A DNA stretch of 64,000 bases, taken from the NCBI GenBank assembly GCA_963775465.1, contig CAVZIW010000003.1, forward strand, positions 320,001-384,000. The letters are read 5' to 3'. Shown here in pieces: positions 40,531 to 50,067 of this stretch. Numbering within the stretch: the stretch's first letter is position 1; each line of letters begins with the position of its first letter. The notes beneath the pieces are model-generated. The model was given only the letters and a program-made list of their open reading frames with translations, did not search any database and was not told where the DNA came from. Origin of the DNA: Candidatus Bathyarchaeota archaeon (GTDB taxonomy: Archaea; Thermoproteota; Bathyarchaeia; Bathyarchaeales; Bathycorpusculaceae). The position numbers and the translations under genes are program-made.

Positions 40531-41382
40531 TTGCCAACGATTCGGCGTCCAACAGTTGCTTCTCAATTTTATGAGAGCGACGCCGAAGCGCTTAAGGCAC
40601 AAATTAGTTCTTGTTTTTTAGACAAAATTGGTCCGCAGAAGCTCCCCAGAGTTAATTTTCATAATCACCCTCGAAATGTCGTGGGGCTGATTTGTCCGCA
40701 TGCAGGTTATCTTTATTCTGGTCCCGTGGCGGCGCATGGTTTTTACGAGTTAGCTTTGGATGGGAAGCCTGACTCGGTTGTCCTTTTGGGTCCTAACCAT
40801 ACTGGTTTAGGCAGCGCCCTGTCAGTTATGAGTGAGGGTATCTGGCGAACGCCTCTTGGTGATGTTGAAGTTGACTCTAAGTTGGCAGATAATATTTTGC
40901 ACGAAACTCAAATTGTTGATGTTGACGAAGCAGCTCATCGGTTTGAGCATTCTATCGAAGTTCAGCTGCCCTTTCTTCAGTTTTTGTATGGCAACGCGTT
41001 TAAGATTGTGCCCATCAGTTTTCTGATGCAAGATTATGAATCAGCAATTGAGGTTGGTAGGGCATTGGTGGAGGCTTTGGATGCAACAAATACAGTTGTT
41101 ATTGCTTCTTCTGATATGACTCACTATGAATCCGCTAAGTCAGCTGCGGCTAAGGACCAAGCTGCACTGAAAGCTGTGGTTGATTTGGATGAGAAGCGGT
41201 TCTATCAAACTATCGAGACCCAAAAAATTACTGCTTGTGGATATGGACCCATAGCCAGTTTGCTCACCTATGTTAAAGGAGTTAACGCCAAAGCTACTTT
41301 GCTTAGCTACCACAATAGCGGTGATGTGACTGGTGATTACTCAAGTGTTGTTGGGTATGCTTCAGTTTGCTTTAGAAAATAG
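40531..41382 (+). CDS. MEMO1/AmmeMemoRadiSam protein B
   Basis: PHAGYLYSG, GPNH, EHSIEVQLPFLQ, SSDMTHY, CGYGP and VVGY motifs; TTG at 40531. Confidence 0.92.
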   Translation: MPTIRRPTVASQFYESDAEALKAQISSCFLDKIGPQKLPRVNFHNHPRNVVGLICPHAGYLYSGPVAAHGFYELALDGKPDSVVLLGPNHTGLGSALSVMSEGIWRTPLGDVEVDSKLADNILHETQIVDVDEAAHRFEHSIEVQLPFLQFLYGNAFKIVPISFLMQDYESAIEVGRALVEALDATNTVVIASSDMTHYESAKSAAAKDQAALKAVVDLDEKRFYQTIETQKITACGYGPIASLLTYVKGVNAKATLLSYHNSGDVTGDYSSVVGYASVCFRK

Positions 41383-41384
41383 GT

Positions 41385-43715
41385 TTAGTCTGTTGGAAAT
41401 TGTACAGTAAATGTTGTGCCTTTGGATTCTTGGGTTTCGAAACTAATGCTGCCACCTATGGCTTCTGTCATTCTTTTAACTACAGCTAATCCAAAGCCTT
41501 GACCTTTGGATTTGGTTGTTATCAAGGGCGTAAACAGTTTGGCTTGGACTTGTTGAGGTATTCCTTCGCCAGTATCTTGGATGGTTATTTTGATTTGCTT
41601 TTTCTCACTTGTTGTCTTTATTGTAAGGTTGCCTCCGTTAGTCATTGCTTGAACTGCATTCTGGATTAGATTAACTAATATGCGTTTTAGCATAGTTGAA
41701 TCTGTATTTAGAAGAGGCAAATTATTTTGGGTTGCAACTTCAACAACAATGTTTGCGGGTACTTTCACTATGTTTAAAGAGTCTTTGATTGCTTGTTCGA
41801 CTTCCACATGTTCTTTCTTAGGATTTAGTGGTCTAGCGAAATCTTGTAGGTCGGCTACAATCTTGTTTATGTAAAACACGTTTTCTTCAATGCTGCTGAT
41901 GCTTTCTTGCAGGTTTTGTTTAGCCTTGCCGTCCGGTAAAGATTCGATATCTGATCTTTCCAAGTATAACTCGCTGATCATGGCTTGTAGTGGGTTACGA
42001 ATGTCATGACCTACCATACCTGCCGTTTGACCGATAGCGGCTAACCGTTCAGAGTCTCTGAGTTTTTGCGCTCTTTCTTCAGCTAGATCCTCCATTCTGG
42101 AAGCATATTCTTCGACTTCAGAGGCTTTAATTTCAAGTTTTGATTGGAGATCTTTTTGTTTTTGGAGGGATTTAGCCAATTTAAGGTTGGAATAGCTTAG
42201 TTTTGAGATCATATCGGATAGTTTAGAGTAGAAAGCCATCAGGTCTTGGACTCTTTTTTTGTCAAATCGTGGAATGCGGTCAAATGCTTCCAAGTATTCT
42301 TTTTTGTTAAAGTCGTATTTTTCTGCTTGCGAGGCGAACAAGTCTCTGTTGACTTTTTCGTCGTCGAAGAAAAATTGGCCGAAGAATACATTTCCAACGT
42401 GTTTATCACCCATAAACAGTGGTGTCACTGCGTCCCACAAGTTGTTTTTGCATTTGTAGAGCTGGATTTCGCCTTTTTTTAGCCCACTTGATAGCTCCAG
42501 ATCGCTCTCGATGCAGTTTTTGCATGTTAGGGGGTTGACTCGATGGAATTTGGTGCAGATGTCTTGCCAGCCTGTGCCTGCAAGCACATTCCCTTTGAGA
42601 TCTATGAGTGCAAATCCCATGTTTGTAACGTCGAAGAGCAGGTTCATCATTGCTTGTAACGGTGGCACGTCAATTATATTGGTCAGTTCTTCTTCGCCTA
42701 ATTCGACGTTGGGTGAAAGTACAGAGTTTAGCTTTAGTTGTAGTTGTTCTTGGCTTTCTTTTAGGGCTTCTTGGGTAGTTTGGCGCTCTTTTATTTCTGT
42801 TTCTAGATTTTTGTTAGCTTCAGTTAATTCTTCAGCTCGGATTTCTAAAGCTTGCTCGTTTTGTTTTAGGTTTCGAAATAGCAGTTCATAGGGTCTAGTG
42901 AGTCCTGTTTCGACAAGTGCTCTGTAGATGAAATAGAATGAAAGAACTTCAAGAAGATGTCCCGCTATGTTTGCGATCCCGTAAACATCAACGTAGAGTG
43001 TGAAGGCCATTTCAGTGGCGATTGCCAATGCTGTGCCTAAAAGGAGCAGTTTGAAAACGTGATCGCTGAACTCTTTTCGATTCTTTATCAATAAACCTAT
43101 GGAAATCAGAATCAGTATTGAGATTGCGTATTCACTTGCTATCTTAAAAGTTGTTAACCCAACGTCGTCAATGTATGCTAAGGGGAAGTTTTTCCAATAG
43201 AAAATAGAACCAACCAGTATAACCGAAACTGCGAAATAACCGATAGCGATGAAGGATGGTTTAATCTTTCGTTTTATAAGTAATAGAGAAATTATTAAAG
43301 TAAATGCAAGTATGTATCTTGTGACAATCCAAAGTTGAGTTGCTAAGTTAGAACCTGGGAACCCTGGAAACAGGTTCATTCCCTTGTAGGCTAATGTGTG
43401 GAGAAGGTCAAAACCTGCGACAAAAAGGAAGGCTATGCCTATGAATAGGAAGAAATTGCTGTCTACCATGCGTCTGCTGTTCCACGCAATGGTGAAGATG
43501 GAAAAGGCAATTACGATGGTGAAGATTTCTACAGCGTTATGGAACAGTAGATAACTGTAGTTGCTGAGAAGGTACAGACCTACGAGTATTAGCATAATAG
43601 CGATGACGGTTATTGAGTTTCTGAGATAGATTGCTTTTGTGGATTTCTGTGCGTTTCCATTTGGATTGTCGCTTTGCACTTGAGCTTCATCAAAACCCGC
43701 TTCTTGTGTTGTCAT
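41385..43715 (-). CDS. Sensor histidine kinase (MASE3 membrane domain, PocR domain, HisKA, HATPase)
   Basis: YLLFHNAVE...DLLHTLAYKGM (MASE3), GWQDICTKFHR (PocR), GHDIRNPL, NLIQNA and GQGFGL. Confidence 0.9.
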   Translation of the reverse strand: MTTQEAGFDEAQVQSDNPNGNAQKSTKAIYLRNSITVIAIMLILVGLYLLSNYSYLLFHNAVEIFTIVIAFSIFTIAWNSRRMVDSNFFLFIGIAFLFVAGFDLLHTLAYKGMNLFPGFPGSNLATQLWIVTRYILAFTLIISLLLIKRKIKPSFIAIGYFAVSVILVGSIFYWKNFPLAYIDDVGLTTFKIASEYAISILILISIGLLIKNRKEFSDHVFKLLLLGTALAIATEMAFTLYVDVYGIANIAGHLLEVLSFYFIYRALVETGLTRPYELLFRNLKQNEQALEIRAEELTEANKNLETEIKERQTTQEALKESQEQLQLKLNSVLSPNVELGEEELTNIIDVPPLQAMMNLLFDVTNMGFALIDLKGNVLAGTGWQDICTKFHRVNPLTCKNCIESDLELSSGLKKGEIQLYKCKNNLWDAVTPLFMGDKHVGNVFFGQFFFDDEKVNRDLFASQAEKYDFNKKEYLEAFDRIPRFDKKRVQDLMAFYSKLSDMISKLSYSNLKLAKSLQKQKDLQSKLEIKASEVEEYASRMEDLAEERAQKLRDSERLAAIGQTAGMVGHDIRNPLQAMISELYLERSDIESLPDGKAKQNLQESISSIEENVFYINKIVADLQDFARPLNPKKEHVEVEQAIKDSLNIVKVPANIVVEVATQNNLPLLNTDSTMLKRILVNLIQNAVQAMTNGGNLTIKTTSEKKQIKITIQDTGEGIPQQVQAKLFTPLITTKSKGQGFGLAVVKRMTEAIGGSISFETQESKGTTFTVQFPTD

Positions 43716-43848
43716 ATCTTTTAGGGTGCTCTCCGGTTGGCGAATGTTGACTCCACTAAACGTTTTGAGGTTTAAAAACATGTACAAATATTTTTGAATA
43801 GCCTTATTTCGTGGGTGTAGGTAGATTAAGGAACTTTAGGTTTTATGG

Positions 43849-44616
43849 CTAATATTTTTGGAGTAGGTCTTCGAAAAAGATTTTGGTTTTGGCGATTTCT
43901 TCTGTAGAAGTGTTGTGGTTAAGCTCTAATGTTATGGGACCATCATAACTGTAGCTGTGCAGGGCGTTTAGGAAATTTGTTAGTTCTGAGGTTGTTTTTA
44001 TAAAGGGTTTGTGGGATTTGTTTGCCATATGTACGTTGCAGACTCGTTTGCCATAAGCTTCTAATAAGCTGTCCATTACTTTTGTTTCTAATGCGTGGCA
44101 CAAATCAAAGGTTATGCCCATCTCACCTTTTGGGTCGATGACGCCCAGTACCTCATCTATTTGTTCAACGTTTTTTCCAAACCCCGTTGAGTTAAACGAC
44201 AAATTCTCCAATGACAACTTTACTCCCAATTTTTCAGCAAATGGTTTGATCTCCCCATAAATTTCCCTTAAACATCTCTCTCTAACTCGGGTTGTTAGCT
44301 TTTTCGAGATGTTTGAGTGAACAGTCATTAACGGCGCGTTGAGGGCTTTTGCGCATTCAAGTGAAATTTTGCCATAATAAACAGCTTGATGTACCTCTAT
44401 TGGGTCTTTCACATGTAGAACTGCTGCGTGATGGGTTATACAGTTCAAGCCTGAGGTGGATAGCGCTTTTTGTTCGCGGTAAACGTCTGTGTCGTGTTCT
44501 TTTTTTATTGATTTCATGTTAAACTCTATGTTTTTAAACCCGAGTTTTTTTGCGGCGTTGAAATTTTCATTTATCGGGAGTTTGCTGAAGATTCCGTTGG
44601 ATAAACTTAACTTCAA
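43849..44616 (-). CDS. Sugar phosphate isomerase/epimerase (AP endonuclease 2 TIM barrel)
   Basis: SLEN, TFDLCH, NVHM and TLE metal-site pattern. Confidence 0.8.
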   Translation of the reverse strand: MKLSLSNGIFSKLPINENFNAAKKLGFKNIEFNMKSIKKEHDTDVYREQKALSTSGLNCITHHAAVLHVKDPIEVHQAVYYGKISLECAKALNAPLMTVHSNISKKLTTRVRERCLREIYGEIKPFAEKLGVKLSLENLSFNSTGFGKNVEQIDEVLGVIDPKGEMGITFDLCHALETKVMDSLLEAYGKRVCNVHMANKSHKPFIKTTSELTNFLNALHSYSYDGPITLELNHNTSTEEIAKTKIFFEDLLQKY

Positions 44617-44718
44617 TGTGTAGCATCCACCGTTTATGTGTGGGAATTGTTGCTAAAATTGTTATTTGGTCTGCGGAAGGTTAATTTCTCTATTTTCTTA
44701 TAGTTGCATTGATGTCTA

Positions 44719-45009
44719 GTGGAAGTCAAAATTCGTTTTTTTACTAATCTTAGAGAAATTGTGGGTAATCGTGAAGAGACTCTAACGTTTGCTCAAGCTG
44801 AGCCTGTTACAGTTAATTTTGTTCTTCATGTTCTATCTGAAAAATATGGTTCCCGGTTCACTGATTACTTATACGCTAGTACGGGGCAACCGAAGAATTT
44901 TTTGCAGTTTCTTGTTAACGGAGTAAGCGTGTCTACTTTAGATGGCTTTGAAACTTCTCTTAAAGATGGCGATGTCTTGGCGATTTTGCCCCCTGTCGGT
45001 GGGGGCTGA
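44719..45009 (+). CDS. MoaD/ThiS/SAMP ubiquitin-like protein
   Basis: Beta-grasp pattern with C-terminal ILPPVGGG. Confidence 0.9.
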   Translation: MEVKIRFFTNLREIVGNREETLTFAQAEPVTVNFVLHVLSEKYGSRFTDYLYASTGQPKNFLQFLVNGVSVSTLDGFETSLKDGDVLAILPPVGGG

Positions 45010-45058
45010 AGCATAGCTTTTTGGAAGTGCTTTAATTCAACAACTGCATAGGCTTTAG

Positions 45059-45637
45059 GTGGCGAATGCTTTGCGAGAGTTCCTGTTGTTTTCACGTCTT
45101 GGCCAAACCAGTCCCAACTTTGACAGCTTGCATGATGCTGGAAGATTGGATATTGTGCATGAATGTATAGTTAGCAGCTTATTTTTTTCTCATGGTTTAC
45201 GCAGAAACGTAACTTTTCATGCTATTCTAAATGGCGCTCCAAACCCTCCTCTGCATATTGAAATCGATGGCAGAGCCCTCTATGACGTTAGAACTGATAT
45301 GGATACTTGGAAGCAAATCCTTAAAAAAACAATGGCGGGTAAGCCTCACCCAGGTCTTACGTCCAAAAGATCCGGTTTCGAGGTTTTATTGAAGGAGCGA
45401 GCTCAAACTCACGAGATCTACGTTTTGGAAGAGGATGGTAAAGACATTTCTTGTTTTGAATTTGGCGAAAACTGTCTGTTTATCCTCGGTGACCATGTAG
45501 GGCTGCCTAAAAAAGCTGAAACGTTCGCTTTGCGTTACGGCGAAAAAATAAGTCTGGGAAAACAACCATACCTTGCCGCGTCTTGTATCACGATTATTAA
45601 CTACGTTTTGGATCAGCAAGCTAAATCGGGCTCTTGA
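45059..45637 (+). CDS. trmY: tRNA (pseudouridine54-N1)-methyltransferase
   Basis: AGRLD...SLFFSHGLR, FILGDHVGL and ISLG...YLAASCI SPOUT motifs. Confidence 0.85.
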   Translation: MANALREFLLFSRLGQTSPNFDSLHDAGRLDIVHECIVSSLFFSHGLRRNVTFHAILNGAPNPPLHIEIDGRALYDVRTDMDTWKQILKKTMAGKPHPGLTSKRSGFEVLLKERAQTHEIYVLEEDGKDISCFEFGENCLFILGDHVGLPKKAETFALRYGEKISLGKQPYLAASCITIINYVLDQQAKSGS

Positions 45638-46625
45638 AATGCTCCCATCCGCGCGCCTCAACCGCCTGACGTTTGCCATCGGCGGTTAGGAATATGCCTT
45701 GTTTGCTGGTTGCTTTTCCAATTCTCAAGAGTTGCCCACCAACTGCTTCTACAGCTTCTTTTGCAACTTTCCACATCTCTGGTTTTACAGTAACTATTAT
45801 CTCGTATTCTTCTCCGCCGTAGAGAGCCAACTCTAAGGCTTCGATTCTATTTGTTAGTGCAAACTCGACGACTTCCTCTGCAATTGGAATATTGTCTATC
45901 TCAAAACCAATCTTGCTTAGTTGAGCGATTTCATGTAGGCTCCATGCTAACCCGTCACTCGAATCTATTGATGCAGTGACTGCGCCGCATTTAGAAAGTG
46001 CTAATCCTTCCTTCAACCTTGCCTGGGGCAAAAAGACGGATCTTAGCAGTGTCTCTCGCGATTTTTTATCAGCATTGCAGTTTTTGTCTTGAAGTAAACG
46101 TATTCCTGCTGAAGGTTTGCCAAAAAAACCTGTAGCTGCCAAAATATTGCCCTCTTTGCTGCCGTTTCGCAACATCAACTTGGATTTTTTTGCTATGCCG
46201 AAGAGTGAGATTGATACAATGAAGTCTGAAGCCTCGTTTGTATCTCCGCCAATTACGTAGGTGCCGTATTCTTGGGCGCCGGCATCTAAACCGCGGGCAA
46301 TTTCTTTTATGTCTTTTTGTGTAAATTTCCTGGGAAGTCCCAAAGCAACAAGAGCTGCAGACGGTTGCACGCCTTTGGAAGCAAAATCGCTTACGTTCAT
46401 GACGATTGCTTTTCTTGCGGCTTGGTAGAGGCTCATCTTTTTTGGTACATCAGTTTTGCTTACGAGCATGTCGGTTTTGAGGACCGCGACCGTTTCTTTA
46501 TCGATGTTTATTGCTGAAATGTCATCTCCAAAAGGCACAGGCATGTTTGGTAGAGTTAGGTTTTTTTGTATGATTTGGATGATTTTGTGTTCTCCTAACT
46601 TTGTGGTGTTTTTTTTGTGTTTCAT
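45621..46625 (-). CDS. thiL: Thiamine-monophosphate kinase
   Basis: GDD, KTDML, NVSDFASKG, GGDT, DSSDGL and GGEEYE motifs. Confidence 0.92.
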   Translation of the reverse strand: MKHKKNTTKLGEHKIIQIIQKNLTLPNMPVPFGDDISAINIDKETVAVLKTDMLVSKTDVPKKMSLYQAARKAIVMNVSDFASKGVQPSAALVALGLPRKFTQKDIKEIARGLDAGAQEYGTYVIGGDTNEASDFIVSISLFGIAKKSKLMLRNGSKEGNILAATGFFGKPSAGIRLLQDKNCNADKKSRETLLRSVFLPQARLKEGLALSKCGAVTASIDSSDGLAWSLHEIAQLSKIGFEIDNIPIAEEVVEFALTNRIEALELALYGGEEYEIIVTVKPEMWKVAKEAVEAVGGQLLRIGKATSKQGIFLTADGKRQAVEARGWEHFKSPI

Positions 46626-46716
46626 GTTCGCTGCGCCTTTGTTGTTCTGATTGTGTGATTTATGTTTGGGTTTGTGAAGATTTAAAAATTGGTGTTTCCT
46701 TGTTTAGCATCTTGGT

Positions 46717-46793
46717 GCCCCGATGGCTCAGCCTGGTAGAGCGGCTGCCTCGTAAGCAGCAGGCCGCGGGATCAAAGCCCGCTCGAGGCTCCA
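46717..46793 (+). tRNA. tRNA-Thr(CGT)
   Basis: Cloverleaf with GCTGC-CT-CGT-AA-GCAGC anticodon arm and encoded CCA; TATA-like TTTAAAA at 46681. Confidence 0.9.
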
Positions 46794-46900
46794 TAATTTT
46801 TACTATTGCGTATTTGTGTTGTGCAGTTGGGTTGTTTTTTTTGTGCTTGACAAAGTTTATTAAATGTTGCGATACAAGAGGATTGTGAAGGAAACGTCGG

Positions 46901-47236
46901 ATGCACCTTTTTTCCCACGGTTCGGAGGAAAAACTCCATTGCCCATACAAAGGCTGTGAAAAAAACTTTGAAAAGCCAACCGTGATTACGGATACGTCAA
47001 CTATTCCTCGACAGAATCATTACGCTTGTCCATTTTGTATGTCAAAACTGGAGATTATTACTGAGAAAGAGAAAATTGTTGGAGTTAAAGCAACTGAGTA
47101 TCCAACTGTTTTTGATTCTCCAGCTAAATGTGCGCATTTTAGTGGGCTTCTTAATGCGCCACCTGGATGTGGATTAACTTTGGATGAATGCTTGATTTGT
47201 CCCAAAGTGCTTCAATGTGACAAACGCAGAAAATAG
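46901..47236 (+). CDS. Cys-rich zinc-finger protein
   Basis: CPYKGC...CPFC...CAH...CLIC...C. Confidence 0.7.
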   Translation: MHLFSHGSEEKLHCPYKGCEKNFEKPTVITDTSTIPRQNHYACPFCMSKLEIITEKEKIVGVKATEYPTVFDSPAKCAHFSGLLNAPPGCGLTLDECLICPKVLQCDKRRK

Positions 47237-47456
47237 GGTTAGTTGCAATAAATGTTTTAATTAACATAGGTTTGTGCAAAGCTGATTGGAAAATTGTTTA
47301 TAGAGTGCTTTCTGTTAGAGATTGCAAATTATAATATGTTTAAAGATGTATCGCACCAAGGGAGCATATTTATAGCATATTTATTGAAAAATGGCTTCTA
47401 TTTCAGAACAACATTCATATCCTCTTCTAGTTTCTTAACCAAAACAGGTGAAACCA

Positions 47457-47582
47457 ATGGCTAAATGTACTAGTTGTGGAAATGAAGTTGAAAAACCTTC
47501 AAAAGAACTAGGTAATGATTCTTTTACTGTAGAAGAGTATTTTTGCTCTAACTGCCATAATTGGTTTAAGATTGTTAGATAA
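47457..47582 (+). CDS. 41-aa zinc-ribbon protein, Cren7-like
   Basis: MAKCTSCGNEVEKPSKELGNDSFTVEEYFCSNCHNWFKIVR with SD GGTGA; too short for the ORF track. Confidence 0.7.
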   Translation: MAKCTSCGNEVEKPSKELGNDSFTVEEYFCSNCHNWFKIVR

Positions 47583-47619
47583 CTACGAAACTAGCCTCAG
47601 GTTTCAGCTGGTTTGCTAC

Positions 47620-47952
47620 TTATCTTAGATATCTCTGCCATCTTCGAGCAGGAAGAAGGAATTGGTTTTCCTTGTTTAACGCTCTTATAATTGATTTAGC
47701 AAATTCAGAATTACCCTTTTTTGATGGAACAATCAACTGCAACTCTTCTTCAAACTGGATATAACCCATTAGATTTTCAACTTTAGTCACCAAAGCAAGC
47801 AAACTATCAACTTGAGATGTATCCATGCCAGCTTCAATGCATATGCAGATGAAAGGATACCTTTCACAATCAGCAATGGAAGCCAACAAAGACACTTGAC
47901 TTTCAAGTTTCTTAAGCCTAACATCAAAATCTATTGAATCCATAAAACCCAC
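47620..47952 (-). CDS. Hypothetical protein
   Basis: 110-aa ORF with an SD-like GGAGTG; no recognised motif. Confidence 0.5.
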   Translation of the reverse strand: MGFMDSIDFDVRLKKLESQVSLLASIADCERYPFICICIEAGMDTSQVDSLLALVTKVENLMGYIQFEEELQLIVPSKKGNSEFAKSIIRALNKENQFLLPARRWQRYLR

Positions 47953-48009
47953 TCCTATTCTAAGTCAAATTTCAAATCAATTTAATACTTTTGGGAATCA
48001 CACTCTAAA

Positions 48010-48113
48010 CTATTCATAGCCAAGGTTGGGGCATTTCTCAGCTTTAGAATCTATCTTAGCTTTACATTGTGGACAAAACTTTGTATTTCTTTTTTAACAA
48101 TTGGCTCCTTCAC
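48010..48113 (-). pseudogene. Zinc-ribbon remnant
   Basis: NTKFCPQCKAKIDSKAEKCPNLGYE*: the fourth Cys is lost and there is no in-frame start (frameshift in an A-run). Confidence 0.5.
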
Positions 48114-48226
48114 AATAAGACCCAAAATACTGTTCAACTTGTTTTAGTTAAAAGGTTTTAGTTAACGTATATGAGATAGTCTCCATTTGAAGCCTCTAAA
48201 ATCAGTCCCAAACTGAAGGATTACAG

Positions 48227-48659
48227 ATGAAGTATAAATGTGTTAAATCTGTGTGTGAGGTTTGTGGTAAAGTCTCTACTATTCAGTTATTTTTCAGAAG
48301 CATCGGAGAGTTAGCGTATGGCAGAGCTAGACACTATTTAGGTAAGAAGGAAGATAAACCTCAGTTTGAGATATCATCCTCAAAGCATAGAGACTCTGAA
48401 AACTTTATTAAAAACACAATCTATCTCTGTGACTACTGAAAAGGCTAATGATGGTCATATAGGTCACCTGCAGAATGATGACCAACTTGAGCATGAAAAT
48501 AGCCTTAAACAGCAAAATAGTTGGGGCCATCGGCTAGCTTGGTCTAGGCTTGTAGACTTGGGCTCTATAGACTCCGGTTCAAATCCGGGTGGCCCCACCA
48601 TATCATTTCTGGATTTAACCCTGAATCGTCTTCTTCAAATCAAATTGGATGATTCATAA
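48227..48659 (+). pseudogene. Frameshifted ORF reading through tRNA-Pro; possible integrase N-terminal fragment
   Basis: ORFs 48227-48439 and 48366-48659 join (..KPQFE/YHPQS..) if one base near 48371 is removed; the frame stays open across the tRNA. Confidence 0.5.
48523..48600 (+). tRNA. tRNA-Pro(TGG)
   Basis: GGGGCCA/TGGCCCC acceptor with ACCA end, GTAGA-CT-TGG-GC-TCTAT anticodon arm and TTCAAAT T-loop. Confidence 0.93.
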
Positions 48660-48862
48660 GTGTGGAAATTGCTAGAAGAAACATCGACTGTTCTTATCTA
48701 TAACTTTTAAGTGGTATGACGCTGTTTTGAAACAGTTTTTTTGCTTTTCTAATTTAACTATGGCCGATCTGGAATCTGCAAATTTGATATGCTAAATTTT
48801 GAAATGTGTTTTATAGCAAGTTTTATCTTGTTAGATTTTTATTTATTAAAAGGGGAACATTT

Positions 48863-49009
48863 GTGACTAAGGAGAAAGCGAAAATTAGGATTATTTTTTT
48901 ACCTTTTGCAATTGTTTTTTGGGGGTTGGGCTGGTTTTTGAGTTCTGTCGGTGAAAAAAAGTCAAAGAAAGCAAGTGTTAGCTTTTCTCATTTTTCGAGA
49001 AAGCATTAA
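48863..49009 (+). CDS. Small single-TM protein
   Basis: GTG start after GGGGA; hydrophobic IIFLPFAIVFWGLGWFL flanked by basic residues. Confidence 0.5.
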   Translation: MTKEKAKIRIIFLPFAIVFWGLGWFLSSVGEKKSKKASVSFSHFSRKH

Positions 49010-49102
49010 TCCAAAATCTGTTTACCAAATTTGTTGTGTCTTTTTGTAATCACACATATTCTTATTCGTTAATTTGTTAATAGTTAAGAGGAGAATGAAA
49101 TA

Positions 49103-49309
49103 ATGACTGTTGTGAAAATAGTTGAGTTAATTGGGACTTCACCAAATAATTGGGAGGAAGCTGTTAAGAATGCTTTGGCGCAGGCGGCAAAGACAATTAA
49201 AAATATCAAGTCTATTTATGTTAAAAGCTGCAAAGCAACGGTAGAGAACAACAAAATTGCAGAATACCGAGCTGTAGTCAAAATAGCTTTTGTCGTTGAA
49301 GGCAGTTAA
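49103..49309 (+). CDS. Dodecin family flavin-binding protein
   Basis: KIVELIGTSPNNWEEAVKNAL..A.KT...EYR...KIAF. Confidence 0.9.
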   Translation: MTVVKIVELIGTSPNNWEEAVKNALAQAAKTIKNIKSIYVKSCKATVENNKIAEYRAVVKIAFVVEGS

Positions 49310-49586
49310 GATACTGCTATACTGTTCCTTTTATGCTCCTCGAACTAACTGTTTCAGTTTTGTCTGTGGTACTTTTTGTTCATTAAGGTAGGTGACTATG
49401 AACTTTGGGTTACCCAAGGTTTAGCTGTAACTTTGTTTGAAAGAACGTAGTTTCTGATTAATTGTTAGAATTTTGTTCCTTAGTATCTGCTTATGGGACC
49501 ATTTATATTTAGAAAAAGCTTGTTTTGGTGCGATAATCTTCTAAATTATTATAGTTGAAGAACTATGCATCTTTAGGGACGATAAT

Positions 49587-49847
49587 TTGACGAGTGATTA
49601 TGAGCCTAAACGTTTTGCTGTTAATTTAGATAACTTGGATTTTGCTAAAATCAAGCGGGTGGGCGATAAAGTTATGCAAATGTTAAACAAAAAAGTGAGT
49701 AATCCGGTTGAGGCATACTTTCTTCTTAAATTGTTGTGTTTCTCCATTGAGGCTTCTGAAGGTTTTAAGTTGATGCCTGAAGACGAGGAAAGATTGCGGG
49801 AACTTTGTTTTAAGCCATCAGGGACTGATTTAAAAGATACTCCTTGA
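49587..49847 (+). CDS. Hypothetical protein
   Basis: 86-aa ORF with SD-like AGGGA and a TATA-like TTATTATA upstream. Confidence 0.5.
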   Translation: MTSDYEPKRFAVNLDNLDFAKIKRVGDKVMQMLNKKVSNPVEAYFLLKLLCFSIEASEGFKLMPEDEERLRELCFKPSGTDLKDTP

Positions 49848-50067
49848 TATGGTGTAAAAATGATAAACGGGTAAGAGTTGTGTGGATATGCAAGTGTGAT
49901 GGCGAGCCACCAATGCATTCCCTCTTAACCCAAACTGTGGTAAGGTAGTTTTTAGTCTAAAGCTTTGTGAAGCTTGAATTCATATTAGCAATCAGTTTGA
50001 CGAAAAATTAGATTTTTGCTGATAGATTAGCGTTTTGTTGTTTTGTGTTTTTGAAGATTAGGAGGTT

